The translations under genes were made by a program, and so were the position numbers. This document shows positions 35,963 to 50,800 of a stretch of 64,000 nt of DNA, in pieces. The notes below the pieces were generated by a model that was not told the DNA's origin, searched no databases, and was given only the letters and a program-made list of their open reading frames with translations. Source of the stretch: Euglena gracilis (lineage: Eukaryota); the NCBI GenBank assembly GCA_039621445.1, contig CP154954.1, positions 32,775,455 to 32,839,454 on the forward strand, written 5' to 3'. The first letter of the stretch is position 1. Each line of letters starts with the position of its first letter.

Positions 35963-37957
35963 ACCGGTTCTGCATCCAGGTTCGCAAAGCGCTTCATGTG
36001 GGCAATGACTTCACATGCCCTCCGCCAGTCACCAGTGCGGTGGCAAATCTCCCAGGCCAGGTCAAAGGTGGCCTCCGACGGCTCAAGTCCGGAGTTCACG
36101 AACTCTTCCCACACCTGCCACCCGTCAAACAACCACCACCATTCCATCGAATTGTCCAAAAAAACGCCGACTACATCGCTGGCTGCTCTCAACAATGCCA
36201 ACAATTCATTGCTATTGTTGCAAATGAAACAGCAAGCCAATCTTTCCAAACGCAGATCCGGCCACAACACTCAAAAAAAAGAATAGGAAACGATGGTGTT
36301 TTGGGGGGAGAACTGTCCCAAAAATAACCCGTAGGGATATCATTTGGGGGGGGGGGGCGATTTAATCTGCCATGGGTTTCTGTAAAAATATGAATACCGT
36401 ACACTCAGTCCAAACGGTTTTAGGTTAAACTTTTTGAAAGAATGAGACCAACTAACAGCAACTATCTTTGAAATTTTTCAAAAGCGATATGCTTGGACGG
36501 TGCAGCTACACATTACAGGTGACAATGCAGCAACAAAATACGCCGTATCAACGGCCATAAAATGCACCAAAATCAGCACAGCGTGCAACATTGGCAGAAA
36601 ACGCAAAACAAACGTCTCCATGGTCAAATTCTTTCTTCCAGGGAACCTTGATGGAGCGCAACAGGGTTGTTTAGAACTTGTTTGGAGGTCTGAAGTACAA
36701 AGTCGCAGTTGAACATCACCAAATCCCATCAAAGAAAATGCCATGCATTTGCATACCTGCAAAGCCTTGGTGTACTGCCCTGACGTCAGGCACACTGCCA
36801 TAAGCCCATCGTATGTTCCTGCACTTGCCACTACTCCTTCTGCAAAAACGACAATACAATGAGAAGACCAACCAGACATCCAACAGATATTTCCGCTGGT
36901 GAACCAGGGATTTTCTTAAGGACCCCCCCGGGGGGGTCCTGCCGGCCAGCTGGAAAAGGTGCTAGTTGGAAAAAGGGTATGGTTTTGGCTGGACCCCCCC
37001 TCCTCCAGGGGGTGGGGGTCCAAGGAGGTGGTTCGAGCCCGGCTGCCGGGCTGGACCCGGCTGGGACCCAAAAACAAGGAAAACAGTTCAAATCCAGCTG
37101 GGATGCATTTTTTCAGCTAAATTTTTGAGGTGAAAAAAAGTCCCAAATATGGCCATTTTTCCCATTTTTGACCCATTTGGTCCAGCCGGGCTTCGCCAGG
37201 CTGCGAAAACTTTATTACCACTCGACCTCCTGGGGGGGGGGGTCCGCAGCCCAGCTGGGAGGTGCTGGCTGGGAAAAAAGGTGCTAGCTAGCTGGACCCC
37301 GGGGGGGGGGGTAGGGGGGTCCAGCTTAAGCAAATCCCTGTGGTGAACACATAAGAAAACAAAAAAATCCTGAACAGAAACATCTTTTATCAGACATCAA
37401 GCAGACACATCTGTTAGAACCATAACTGCAAACATGAACAACCCCCTTTCGTCAGACCAGATCCAAAAACAAGCACCTCTGTGAAAAAAATGCTTTTTTT
37501 TTATCACTTCAGGCAATTTACAAAACTGGTGAAAAAAAAAATAAGGTGAACACAATGTTTTCTTGGTGAGCACATCAATCCTTGAAATGGCCTAAGTCGA
37601 CATGTTTCCCCAAAGTAAAATAATTTGTTTGACCATGTTCCTTGGATTTCGCATTGAGTGTACTGGGATGAAATTTTTTTTGTTTTGAGACCGCCCTTTT
37701 TGCATTCATCAACAGAAGAATGTGGGCCGTGTTGGAAAGATGAATAATTCTCTGTTGGACGGGGATTTGCCACATATCCGCAATTTTCCACAATTTCCTC
37801 AATTTCCTGGAAATTTCCAACTTTCCACATTTCCCAACGTTGGGAACCCCGTCTTTTCAGAATTTCTCAGAACTTTTCAGAATCGAAACAGAACACCATT
37901 CATGCAAGCGACCTTTATCCATCTCCTGTCTCAACAGGAACGCTGCTTCCCAGTGAT
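35963..37957 (-). CDS. Pentatricopeptide-repeat protein, internal exons 37957-37913, 36839-36757, 36114-~35963 (gene extends beyond on both sides)
   Basis: GT-AG joins in compatible phases give DHWEAAFLLRQEMDK/EGVVASAGTYDGLMAVCLTSGQYTKALQ/VWEEFVNSGLEPSEATFDLAWEICHRTGDWRRACEVIAHMKR, i.e. consecutive 35-aa PPR motifs. Confidence 0.75.
36905..37340. mobile_element. MITE with 8-bp TSD (intronic)
   Basis: TIR cagggattttcttaag / cttaagcaaatccctg; TSD TGGTGAAC at 36897-36904 and 37341-37348. Confidence 0.88.
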
Positions 37958-39839
37958 CTGGAACGAGGCTGATTGACTTGATCGCAACATTGGAGGCAGG
38001 CTGTGGCAACTGTATACCAGATGCATAAAAAAAGGTAGAAGCAAGATCCTTGATGTACTGGTCGCCCATGGGGGGCCAAATAAATGAATGAATGACTGGC
38101 TTCAAGGAGGCAAATGGTTGGGGTTGCGAAAGTTAGGAGTGTCGTTGAGGACAGGGTTAGGGTTAGGGGTTGGCTGATGGGCAATGGTCCAAGAATGCCG
38201 GAAATAAATTTTAATTTAATTAAAATTGCTTTTTCCCTGAAGTCGATTCAATTTTGCCAAAATATGGCCATTTTTTGGTCGATTTTTCCTGTGCATTTTT
38301 CATTGCATGTGCAGGGAAGGGAAGTTTTTTTTTCCGTGAAGGACCGCCCTGGGGGATAGGGATAGGGTTGGGGTTCGGATTTATGCAAGGCCAAACTCTG
38401 GCCTAATTCAGGCAAAAACCAGGCCTAATACAGGTTGCCCCCCAAAAAACTGGACTGGATATTCTCATTAAAAGGGTTTTTCATCAGACCAGCGAACGAT
38501 TCCATTTGAAGTGATTGTTTGTCTGAAGTCGCCTAACACCCATAAGAAAAAAGTTTTTTCCTTTCCAGCACCAGCCCTTGCAGCCAACCAGATTGCCCTC
38601 TCTTTTTTCGAAATTTTTGGCCCATTTAAAGATTGTCCTCGGCTCAGCTTGATTCCAAATCGGTTACATTCCTAGGTGCATCAATTTTGCATTGATTGTA
38701 CTGCCATGTGTCATTTTGGATGCAAGGCTCTGAGAAAAAGGGAAAGAATCTGTGTCAGAGCAGAAAAACATGTGTAACAGGTCCCATTAACTTAAAAATC
38801 TGTGGACGAGTCATTTTCTCAAAGTGTGGGTTTTGCAACTGACCTGCTGTGAAGAGAGCAGGGATGCCCGACCATACTGTGGCTGCTCGTGACATTCCAC
38901 CCACAATGTCAATAATGGTATTGGTCAAAGTCAATTGTGTCTCTAGATGTGCAGCATAACCCGAAGATTTTGGGTCAACCTGTATTACCTGTATTGCCTC
39001 CTTTTTGGTCCGACCCCAACCGTCGGAATGTGCGTTTTTTACTTTTTGATTTTGACCCCGTTCAAGCCCCACTTCGGCCCTTGGCCGTCCCAAGGGCACA
39101 AGGGCGGTTCCTGAGAGGGGGTCCTTAAGAGAGAAAAAAAACGTCCCGTCCCTTATCAACCGTCCTGCCGATCCCTAGACAATGACCAGGGTTGCTGGGC
39201 TCTTTGGATGAAAAACAATTCGGGGTCATGATGGAGCACAATGAGGTCGTTGGACATTGCCAGAGCTCAGTGGGAGAAAAACATACCTTTCAGACGTACA
39301 ACGGGGGTTCGAGCAGGCATTCTTTTTTAAAAGAGTCTTAAAAAACCTAAAAAACTGAAAAAATTTGCCAAAATGCTTTTAAAAACCTGAAAACCTGAAA
39401 ACCCTAAAAAATTCGTTCTGCAAAGTTTTCGATGTGTGCGCAAAAATGTGCGCAAAAAAAAATCTCGGGGGAAACTGCAGGGGAAAAGTTGATTTCTGGC
39501 ATTGCTGGAACATGGTCTATCCACCCAAAAACTCAAAACAATGGGTTTTTCAACTTTTTGACGTTCGACCTTGACCGACGTTGGTTCCATGCCCAGATGG
39601 CTCTTTCAATCTTTGACTGCCCTTGGAAAATAGACGCCCTAATTAAATTAAATAACCCTAACATTAAAAAGTCTTAAAAAATATTAAAATTTTTGAAAAT
39701 TTTCACCTGAAAAAATAATGATAACAATGCCTAGGTTCAACTCGAGAAAATTTAGGAAAATAAAACAGAACAACAAAGAAATTAATTAATTAATTAATTG
39801 ATCAATAATTTAAAAGTTAGAAATTAAAAAAGTTAGATT

Positions 39840-40252
39840 CAGGCATTATTTTGTGAAGGCGCCTGAAAAACCCTTAAAACCGTTCAAACCTCAAAATTCT
39901 TTTTGCCAACCCGCCTTAAAAACCCTTAAAAACCCTTAAAAAATTCGTCCTATAAAATTTTTCGAATTTCAAACAAAAACTTGCAACATCTCGGCAAAAA
40001 CAAGCCATCTCTGGGGGAAAAAATGCTTTCTGGCATCAGTGTATATCCACTCAAAACTCAAAAAATAAGTTTTAAAACTTTTGATCTTCAACCTAGACGG
40101 ACGTTGGTTCGATGCCCAGGTGGCTCTTTGACTGCCCGCCTTAAAAGTTCTTGAAATTTTCAAAGTGCCTTAAAAAACATTAAAAAACCATAAAAATTGC
40201 ATTAAAACCCTGAAAAAAAATTGAGAATTTTCGCCTTAAAAAAAACTGTCTG
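39840..40252. mobile_element. AT-rich MITE with 8-bp TSD; a related copy lies at ~39314-39733
   Basis: caggcatt...actgtctg ends; TSD GTTAGATT at 39832-39839 and 40253-40260. Confidence 0.7.
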
Positions 40253-40281
40253 GTTAGATTTCAAAAAATATATATATATAC

Positions 40282-40345
<64 letters not shown>

Positions 40346-40368
40346 TAATAATAATAATAATAATAATA
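40282..40368. repeat. (TAA)n microsatellite
   Basis: Seen directly. Confidence 0.95.
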
Positions 40369-42245
40369 CGTATAATTACACATTATTATTCTACCATTGA
40401 TACACATAATATTATATTCATAAATCAAAATTATAAATAAAAATGCAAATAAAAAAATATGCATAATTATAAATATACAAAATTCAAATAAATAAGCACA
40501 CAATAAATCAGAAAATATGATATATATGTTGTACAAAATAAATAAGTAATAAAGCAAAATGTGTTATTTTCGGGCCAGGTGCAGAGGCCCTGGAGCTTGC
40601 ATAGGGTGATGGGCTTTATTTAAAATGTCCAGTGATACTTTAACTCCCGATCATATTTGAGATATGTTTTGAAAAAAAATTCAGAATCCTCACCTGAAAA
40701 TGGCTGGAAAACGGTTCATTTGAAACATGCCAAAACTGGTGCAGATACCAACTTAAAATGGCCATAATTCGGGCAAGGTGTTCGGGCAAGGCATGGAGCT
40801 ACAGGAAAATAAAAATGTGGTTGGATGGGGCGTTCCAAAGACTCCGTTTTCGGTCAACAGATATTCACTTCGATTCTTTCGAAATCTTCTTTTGCCTTGG
40901 GGGATTGTTGTTTTGCATATGTGCAAAACGTGGAAAAGGTTGTATGTGTTGTTGTTCACGTGGAAACTGAAGCAATCTTTGCTGGGGAAAGGACTGAAAA
41001 ACATCCCACCATTGAATTCACTGTTTCCCGGATTCATTGCCGCGGTTGACCCGTTTTTGCCAAAACTTTTGCTGAAATGTATTTGAAAAAACCATTAAAA
41101 ATACATTCTGGCAGAATCACCTCTGACCAAACAAACATGAAGCTGCAAAATCTCGGCAAATACAAACCAACTCCAGGAAAACATTTTTTCTTCGCATTCT
41201 TGGAACATTGTCTGTCCATCTAAAGCTCGAAAAGATGTGTTATTATGTTTGACTGTGGACAAAATGATGGAAAACAAAACAGGCAGCAAGCGACTCACTC
41301 CTTTTTTATCTTGAAACAATGAGGAAAACTTTTGTTCTTCGAGGAAATGACGGAAATATTCGACTACTGGCAAAGATTTGGCACAATGGGCAGTCCTTGG
41401 ACAACAACAAAAAATCTGTCTCAGCACATTTAATGCAAAATCTACAGAAACAATGGCCAAACAAAATGGCATATTTGGGCAGGAAGTGATTTCTGGTATC
41501 CTTGGACCATCGCCCATCCACTCAAAAGTTCAAAAATGCATTTTCCAGCTGTTTGATTCTCGACCCGGGCCGGCTTTTGGCCGGCCCTCAGTCCTTGGTG
41601 GGAAAAAAACCTATCCCTTGAGCGCTGCCCTGGGCGGGAAAAGGGCCTGCTTTTCAAACTGAATTTTTGAGGCTTTTTGAGGGATTTGGAAAAAGGTTTT
41701 AAAGTTTTTCTGCGCGTAAGAAAACAGAAAAGCACAGCAAGCCAGAGAAAAGAAAGATAACTGGGTTTTGTCCACCCCACCTCGATGACGACATTTTAGC
41801 CAATGCCGGGTCAAAACCCTCCACACTCATTGGCATCAGAGGGATTCTGTGTGGTCGGAAACGGCGCACTTGTCTGGCGCTGGCAGCCTGGAGGAAGGAG
41901 ATTGGAAGCAGCATCTGAAAAATAATTTCAGTGCTGCTCAAGCCATGCTCAATGCAGACATTAACATGGTATTCCTAGCGTGTAGTTTGCTACAGATCAG
42001 GGGCCCAAGCTTACCAGGTAGGGCTTGCAGGGGGTGGGATGGTACGTGGTGGTGTATCAAAACCCAACCTCTGGGTATCTGGCAGTGTCAGTTCAAAAGT
42101 GTTGCTGCATCCGTCCACTCCACCGGTGGCAATTGGAATTTCAGCTCATTTGCAGATGCGAGAGGGGCCCAAAACAAAATTCTTATGCCACAAGGATGCC
42201 AAACATCGTTCCATCCCCAATGAACAGAGGAGGTGAAATGATATA

Positions 42246-42813
42246 CGGTGCGGACAAAAACTATGGGAGACTGAAGTTGGAAAACATGATGAAAAAAATG
42301 CTTGGAATTTTTGATTTTGAAAGCAAATAATAACAATTATGAAAAAAATCATCAAACATTTGGTGGGAAATGGCAGTAGCTTTTAGTTGCAATTAAGATT
42401 CTTGGGGAAAAAAGCCAACACTTAACTCCAAAACAAAATCGTTCAAAGTTCATGTTGAAATTTGACTTCCCTCGAGCTCCCCAAAAAGACGTAAACCCCG
42501 GCGGAGTCCTTGCTCCTGGCGAGGGGCCGAATAATTTGGCGGGGGGAGGGGCAAAAAAAATGGTTGCAGTAACTTGGCACCCCCTTTTTTAAGGCAAGTT
42601 CCTTTACGACGCTGAAAAAAAGGGCCCAAATAACCTGGCGGGGGGGGACAGGGCCAAAAGTTGGTTCCAATAACCTGGCACCCCACCAGGTTATTTGGGG
42701 GGGGGGTTAGGAAAGGTACACCAGAACCAACCAAAAACTACGAGAAAAGAAAATTCAGTGCAATTTAGGCGGTTTCACAAAATTTTTGTCTCCCGTAATT
42801 CTTGTCCGGACTG
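42246..42813. mobile_element. Second copy of the Tc1-like TIR family
   Basis: TA|cggtgcggacaaaaactatgggagac ... tttgtctcccgtaattcttgtccggactg, matching the TIRs of 28972-32552. Confidence 0.7.
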
Positions 42814-44062
42814 GAGAATGCACCCCTGATGGGTCCCGACCAGGTGTAGGTTCACAAAGGCCACCTTTGACAGGACCATGACACCTTCAAAACAGCAGGT
42901 TCCGAATTATCTCGATATGGTCCCAAAGACACACCCGAACCCTTTCCAGAGGTGCATAAAACAAAATGGCCACCAAAATATGGTACCCTGAGGACCCCAT
43001 TGTTTCCCGAAACGCCCTAACTGAACCCCTCCAATAGGGTTGTCATTTGGGGGGGGGTGAGCAAATCCTCCTGCCCTCTTGTCCAACGGACTTAAATACT
43101 CATGAAGATGCATTGTTTGACACACGTAGGATAAAACAGAGCATGATGAATACCTTAGATTGAAAGACAAAAACACAACGGGTTCTGGTGAGGGAAAAGG
43201 TGTCAGATGAGTGCAGATGACCCTATATGGGGCAAATGGGAGTGGAAAAGCAGTGGAGCAACCACCTGCAGGGGAGGGCAGCATCATACCTGTCTGGTGA
43301 GTGTGTCAGCCAATTGTCTGCAAAAGGACATTTAGAAAAAATCTGTGATGAAAGACAGGTGGGGAAAACCTCGTTCAAAGATGTGCCAGAATCAAGGCAT
43401 ACCACCAGCTGGGGATAAAGATAAACCTCCGGGTATTCTAAGGGGCAGTTCTGGGCGGGAGAATGTTTCCCATCCCAACACATTCGACGAAAATGCACAA
43501 GAATGGAGTGGACATATTTTTGGCAAAAAAAGCAATATCCGTCAACGTCAAAATTTTTGTTTTTTTGCCATTCAACCCCTGGACCAGCCGTTGGCCAGCG
43601 GCCCAAGCAGGCCATCGGTGCCGCCAAAGGAAAATTTTGGCCTAAAAGTTGGTGCCCCTAGAAACAGCGAAATGCCTGACGTGGGGTGGACCCTCCCCCA
43701 CCAGGATGGGGAGAAGGGGGTGGTCGTCCTCCTCCCCACCCACCACCGATGGGGTTTCGGGGACTCCCGTCCAGCCCTGCCCAACGGTCCTCAAGGGGCA
43801 GTCCTCAAGGGGGAAAAAAAGCCCGTCCCTTGTGGACCGCCCACATTAGGACCCCCCCGGGGGAGCTCAGGTGTCTGACGTCTAACTAACCCCCCTCCCC
43901 GAATATAACCCTCCTTGGAAAGGAAGTGGCAAATGACGGGAAAAACACAGGGCAGTCCATAAGGTCCATTTCTCCCCTCTTGAGGACTGCCCAAGTTTGC
44001 TGTGTGGTGAGTGGCCAGGGACCCCTCACACAAGTTCCGAAACCCCCCCAAAACTGGTGGGG

Positions 44063-44301
<239 letters not shown>

Positions 44302-44865
44302 GCAGCTGGCCTCAGCAGGGCGGTGCTGAAGGAACAGGAAACCTTTTTTTTGATTCCCTGAGGGCAGCCTCGTCCACGAAGGGGGTCGAAGTCCACGAAG
44401 GGGTGAAAGGGTAAAAAAATGCATTTTTGACGTGTTGGCTGGGTTGAAGCCCCAATTTGTCCAACGCGGTCAAAACCAGAGCAGAAACAATCGCAGTCGG
44501 GCATCCTTCAGTCGGGCACCCAGTCGGGCATCGTTTAGGGAGGAAATTTTGGGGTGCACACTTGTTGCAAAAGTAGGGGGAGGGGTTCAGGATGAAGCAA
44601 TTTCCATGCCATCCTTGGAGGACTCCTCACCCTGTCACAAGTCTGGTGTGGGATGACATTGCAACTTCCTCAAAAAGCAGGCAACATTTTGCCTATGGTT
44701 TGCATTGCCTGCAACTTCCCAAGCGTCACAACAGTTGTGCATATCAGACAACTCTGGTGAAACAGGTGAAAGACACCAACGGTGACCCAGCACAAATGCA
44801 ACACGTTGAGGTGAAAACACCAGCTCAACTGCAAAAAAAAGTGCCAACCATTCACAATAGAATCA

Positions 44866-47800
44866 TCACAGCTGGAGTTTCTCAAAGCGCAGCTTCAAAA
44901 GTTGTTTCTTCTTCAAGAACTTTGCAGTGTAATCCACGTCCCGTACCACTGAGGGAAGATTTATCTCTCTGACTGACGAGCCAACTTGTAGACGAAGCAC
45001 GTTGGACTTAATGGTGAGGTCAATATCCTGCAGATGCAAAATACTTTGATAAAAATCACACAACAGCACCGTATGATGTAGTAGAGCACAGAATCAAAAA
45101 CAACAGCCATCATTTTGGTAGATAATCTTGGCCAGGTCTTGACCCTCAGGACTCACACTTGAGTTGGGCCATTTTTTAAAGAGCCCTTGACTCCTCCAAA
45201 ATAACCCCCCCCATTTAAACCGACCCCCCTTCTGAACCGACCCACCCTTCCAAACCGACCCATTGCAGAATTTCAACCAAAAAAATAAATAAACCGACCC
45301 ATGGCAAGGTGGATGACAAACATGCACAACATAATGGAAGCCACCAAAGGAAACAGCGTCCATGCTTATTGAATAGTTGGTATTGATGACCCAAAATTAG
45401 TTAAAATTAGGATATTTCACCCAAAATCAGGCATTTGCCTCCAAATTTTGGAGTTTGCACCTCAAATTGGGCATTTTCCTCCGAAACTTTGGTGTTGGAA
45501 CCCAAAAATTACAAAATTAGGTGTTTGCCATCTAAAAATAAAAATTTGCACCCAAAATTTGGCAGTCTGACACCAAAAGTTGGATATTACACCCAAAATT
45601 CAGCATTTGCCCCCGAAAATTCAGAATTTGCATCCCAAATTAGGCATTTGTCACTCAAAGTTAGGAATTGGCCGACCAAATTGGGCATTTGCCAATTGAA
45701 ATTGCCTTGCTAACATCAACCCACTTCCGTCACGCCGTCGGCCAGCCGTGTGCTCCCCCTGAAACCGACCCCCCGTCTAAACCGACCCCCTCCAGGATTT
45801 CCGCCAACCCAAAAGTCCTAAACCGACGGGTCGGTTTAAATGGGGGGGGGGGGTTACATCAAATCAAATTTGTCGTTTCGTTTGTTCTTGGCAAGGGCGG
45901 TCCTCGACGTGGAAAAAAAATTCCTGTCCCAGCACATTCAATGCAAAATGCATAGGAAAAAGGAACAAAAAAATGGCCATATTTTGGCAAAATGGGTCGA
46001 CTTCAGGGAGCAAAAGTGACTTCTGGCATTCTTGGGCCATCTCCAATCCACCCAACATGTCAAAAAATAGCTTTTCAACTTTTTGATTGACCCCATTCGA
46101 TCCCCGGATCCCTTGGGCATGTCCTCAAGGGGCGGTCCTCGAGGGAAAAAGAAACTTCCCGTCCCTCATGAATCGCCCTGGTTCTTGTTTGCGGGTTTTT
46201 GTGTCCCATTTTTCGAGGTCTATGTTGCACTCCTCGATTGGAAAATCCCAACGAGAGAGGCATCCTAGGTTGCTCCAGGGTCAATTCTTAAAATCGAAAA
46301 ATTGTTCAGCAAAAAAATGTTAAAATCTGCGGGGGAAAAGGAGCTTGCAAAGCAAAAAGGGTCCTCGAGCAACAAAAAACCTGTCCGAGCACATTCAAAT
46401 GACAGAAGGATGAAAAATGGCCAAGAAATAGCAATATTTTAGAGGCAAAAACTGTTGTTTTCGTCTGTCAGTTTTTGACCTGGTTCAAGCCCCAGAGTGG
46501 CACTTGAGCGGCCCTCCGGCCCAAGGGCAGGGTTCGATGTCAGAGCAGGTGGGGGGGTCGAACCCCCCCTCCGCACAGCAGGGAAGGGGGGGACACCCCC
46601 CCACCTAAACAGGTGACTGCTGTTTGGCCCGGCGCTTTGCAATTTTTGACCCCCAAAACGGCCATAGGTGCATTTTGGGGCAGGTTTGGGGCAAAAAATT
46701 GTCAAAAATGCAAAAAAAAATTTGGCGCAAAGCGCCGGACCTCAGTTGCACTAAGGCTTCTTGTCTGTTTATGGCCGGCGCTGACTTCGCTTCTGGCCCA
46801 GTTTGTGTGGTGAGTGCCTGGGTACCCCCCGGAGTCGGTCCGTACCCACCTGGCTGGGGGGGGAGGGTCCAGACCCCCCTTCTCCCCTTCTGGTCCAGGG
46901 GGTAGGGGGCACCCCCCATCTGGATGTGGAGCGCCCTCCTTATATTGAACCCTGCCCAAGGGCGGTCCAGGGGCATTCCTTTAGGGGGATAAAACTTCCT
47001 GTCCCATATGGACTGCCGTGTTTGTGTCAGGGCAGCAAAAAAACTCCTCTGTCCCAGCACATTCAGTGCAAACTGCACAGGAAACACGTCTGGAAAAATG
47101 GCCACACTTTGGCAAAAGTGGGTCGACTTTCAGGAAAAGAGTGATTTCTGTGATACTCGAATCCTCTCAAAACGTCAAAGAATGCCTTTTTCAACCTTTG
47201 GCTTTTCAACCTTTTTTTTAAACCCCGCTTGAGCCCCAGTCCGGCCCTTTAACTGACCCTTGGGTCCAGTGGCTGTCCTGAAGGGGCAATCCTCAACAGG
47301 AAAAAAAACACAAATTCCGCCCTCTTCAGAAGCTGCATCCGAGGAGCAACCTGCGGGAGTATTTTGCAATATGTGCTTTTCACATCGTTCCTTATTGGGC
47401 TATTGAACTTTGAAGAGGTATTGCAAAAACCAGCGACCCCCACTAGCAAATCCGCCCCCACCCCCCTCCACCCCCCAACCCTTCAACCCCCCCCCACACA
47501 CTTCACCGCAAATCCCCACTGTTATGCGTTGGGGTGCCATTTCTTGTTTAAAGGAAGTGGGGGAAAAAATGGGCTGCGCCCCCCCTCGGACCACCGGACC
47601 CCCTCCCAACTAACCCTCACTCTCCCCCATCCATTTTCATTGCCGTTTGGGTTTTCGACGTTCCCTAGATATACTGCAAAAATTGGCGCCGGCACTGGCC
47701 AAATGCATCCCAAGTTTTCGTTGTGTATCTCCCATTTCAACAAAAATGCACAATTTTTCCACCCAAAATTTTTCCACTTTTTCTTGCCCTGGGGAGGGGG

Positions 47801-50800
47801 TGACTTCATGTTTGGGGTCATGGGAAACAAGAATGAAGGGAGGGCCCCACATGGCATTTATCTGTGGGTTTGATTATTTTTACGATTATTTGTTTGAAGG
47901 TTTCACAATTCAATTATGAGAACTGCCATTTGTCACTTCACAATACCGCAGCTGTGTTTGTTTTTGCGAGTTTGATCTGCAGCCCGAATTTCACTTACAA
48001 AACTTACGTTTTGGGCAATTGCATGGTAATTGTTTTTTGGAAGGGGAGTGTGTGCGTGGCCAGATTTGAGATTGATTTTTCCAGTAAGATTTGCCAGATT
48101 GAATTGAAACTTGCTTTTTTAAATTTCCAGATTTTGGGGATTTCCATTTTTCATAGGCAAGCTGGCAAACAGTGTACAAATTTGATTACATAAATTACAT
48201 AAATACATTATACATAAATTTATTCTGGACTGGAACTGTCAAGAGGTTACTTTAACCAGCTTTTGAAACTTTGGAAAAATTTCCCACCATTTTTCCTGAA
48301 ATGTTGAGTTTTCCCATCATTGGAATTTCTAAAAATTGTAAAAATTGAAAAAAATTTCATCATCCCCTCCCCCCGTCATTTTCTTTCCCGTCTTTCTGTC
48401 CGGACTGGAGCAGGGGAAGTGAATCACCATCAGGATCTTGTTGTCCAATTGTTCCTCTGCCCAATATTCAATCCATCTGACAGCACACCTGCACACTTTC
48501 ACATTCCGCATAGATGTCAACAAGAACGTGGGTGGCAGTTTCAAGAATGCTGGGTAAAGCATCAACCTGAAGGGCATTGAGCAACGAGAATTGATCTGAT
48601 TCTTCGTGGACACTTGCAACTGTCATAATTCTGCAAAACTGGAAAATTTCATCGTGATGTGAAATGCTTCGATTGGCAACTTCAGGTAAATGAAATCCTT
48701 TGCGAGCAATTTTGGAACTTTGGACTTACAACCAGGTTGTTTTTTTTTACCATCCCCGGGGGGGGGTCCAGAATGCCTTGGGGTGCTTGCACAGGCAGGC
48801 ACTACCCCCCCCCATGGGGGGGTCGGATTTCGGCCTGTGCCCAGGCACATTCCTTTGGAAATAGGCCATTTTTGGCTCCCCGGCGCCAAAGGCGCCGGGG
48901 TCTGTGCCAGGGCACTTTTGGCTGGAATGCCTGCGATTGTCCCTGCCCCCGAGGTATTGCAAACATTGGCGCACCCACTAGCAAATTCGCCCCCCCCCCC
49001 CATTCGCCGGGAGTTCCGAGCAACTTCAGCACTGGGGGGGGGACTGTCGCCCCCCCCGTCTTGAAAAGAACATCATAAAATGTTTTCACTTTTTTGAGCC
49101 CTTCTGGGGTTTGTGCATTGAGCACTGGCCCCTGACGACTCCCCAAAACCCCCCAGGACCCCCCAAGACATATATTGCAAAAACTGGAGCCCACACTGGT
49201 CAAATGTGGGGGGGGGGTGTAGGTCAATGTCTAATGTGGGCTCCAGTTTTTGGAATGTTTTCCCCCAAATGGGTGAATACCCCAAGGTTGGGTTTTGTTT
49301 TTGTATTTTTGGGGGGTCCCAAAATCGGCCCAAGAATTTTGGGGGCGTACCCAAAAATCAAATTTTTGGGTCTCCATTGACGATGAGAGAAAACCACGGG
49401 AAACAATGGTCGACATCCGCAAAGTCCAAAGGGGCTGCCGCTCAGAGTTGTCCTGAACACTCCCCGCCTGCTTGAAACGCTTTCTGGCGTTTTTTTTTCA
49501 ATAGTCAGACCTTCCCCCACCCAGTTAGTCCAGTTAGTTTAGTTAGTACAATTTTGAATCCTGAAATTTTTGGGGGCCACAAGGCCTTTCAAAATGCCCC
49601 AAAATGCAATTTTCTGTTCGAGACATGTAAACCCCCCAAATAATACCCCCCGGGGCGTTGTTTTTTCGCCCGAGGTCCCGGCCCGAGGGGGGGGTATTAT
49701 TCCCCAAAATTTTTCGTTCCGTAGGAGCAAAAATAGTGCCAAAACCCCCCTTTGGGGTCATTTTTTGTACTTTCTCATGAAATTTAGCATTTTTTGGAGG
49801 CCAGATGATTCAGAAAAATCGATTTTTTTCGTACTTCGTTGTCAGAGATTGTGATTTTTACCTACATTTCCAGGTCAAAAATCCGGGCCTCGGTGGCCGA
49901 AGTCGGCCCCCCAGGGGGGGGGGTATTTTTTGGGGGGGGCATTATTTGGGGGGAGGGTTTAGATCACACCCCCCTGCCCCCCCAATCAGAGGCCACAATT
50001 CTGGAGGGCATGTTTTTGATTGTTGTACCATCCCCCCCCGGTGTATAAACACCGACTGCCCCCCCCCGGTGCGCTTCCATCCTTTTGGACGTATTGGACA
50101 GAAATCCACTTATGGCCAGTTTCCACCCCCAGGACCCTGTCCTGGGGGGGTCCTGGGGGGGTCCTGGGGGGGTCCTGGGGGGGTCCTGGGGGGGTGCTGG
50201 GGGGGGTCCTGGGAGGGTCCTGGGGGGGTCCTGGGGGGTCCTGGGAGGGGTCCTTCTACTTTTTGGCAAAAATTTTGCAGCACAAGATGAGGTTATTTTG
50301 AAGCCCGGGGGGGTCCGGGGGGGCGGGAGTCCCCCCGGTAGCGGGCGCCGAAGGCGCCCGGAACTCCACGGTCAGTGGGTACTGTAGCGTGCGGCGGGGC
50401 ATGTGCGACGCCGAGGAGTGGTGTTTCTTCTGCCTCTCTCGGCACCTGATCTGCCGGGACCACAAAGTGGTCATCCGGGGGGGGCCGGAAGGGCCTCCAG
50501 GAGTGAGCGGCACGTATAACCATTGCCCCCGCCCCCCGGCCGAGTGGTCCCCCGCGGCGCGGTCCATGCGAGCGACCCGGGTTCAAACCCCGGTCGGGCA
50601 TGGGGGCACCTCCAGACAGTCCCACCCAGGGTCGAAAAAATAAAAAATAGGCTGTGCTCTGGAATAGTCGGTGCTCTGGATCCACGAGAGGCTCGACAGC
50701 ACCGTCCCGGACGGGTGGTCCACTAACAATAGCACCACTGCTCCCCCACACATGGTGTGTGATGTGCGTCGCGCACCCCTTGCCGGTGGACGCCGAGTTC

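Noticed and set aside
40261-40557. Tyr-rich ORF
   Set aside because: It is a translation of the (TAA)n microsatellite.
38840-43420. Additional candidate minus-strand exons (~38843-38990, 41783-41914, ~43290-43410) for the PPR gene
   Set aside because: Plausible splice signals but no recognisable motifs; they could not be chained with confidence.
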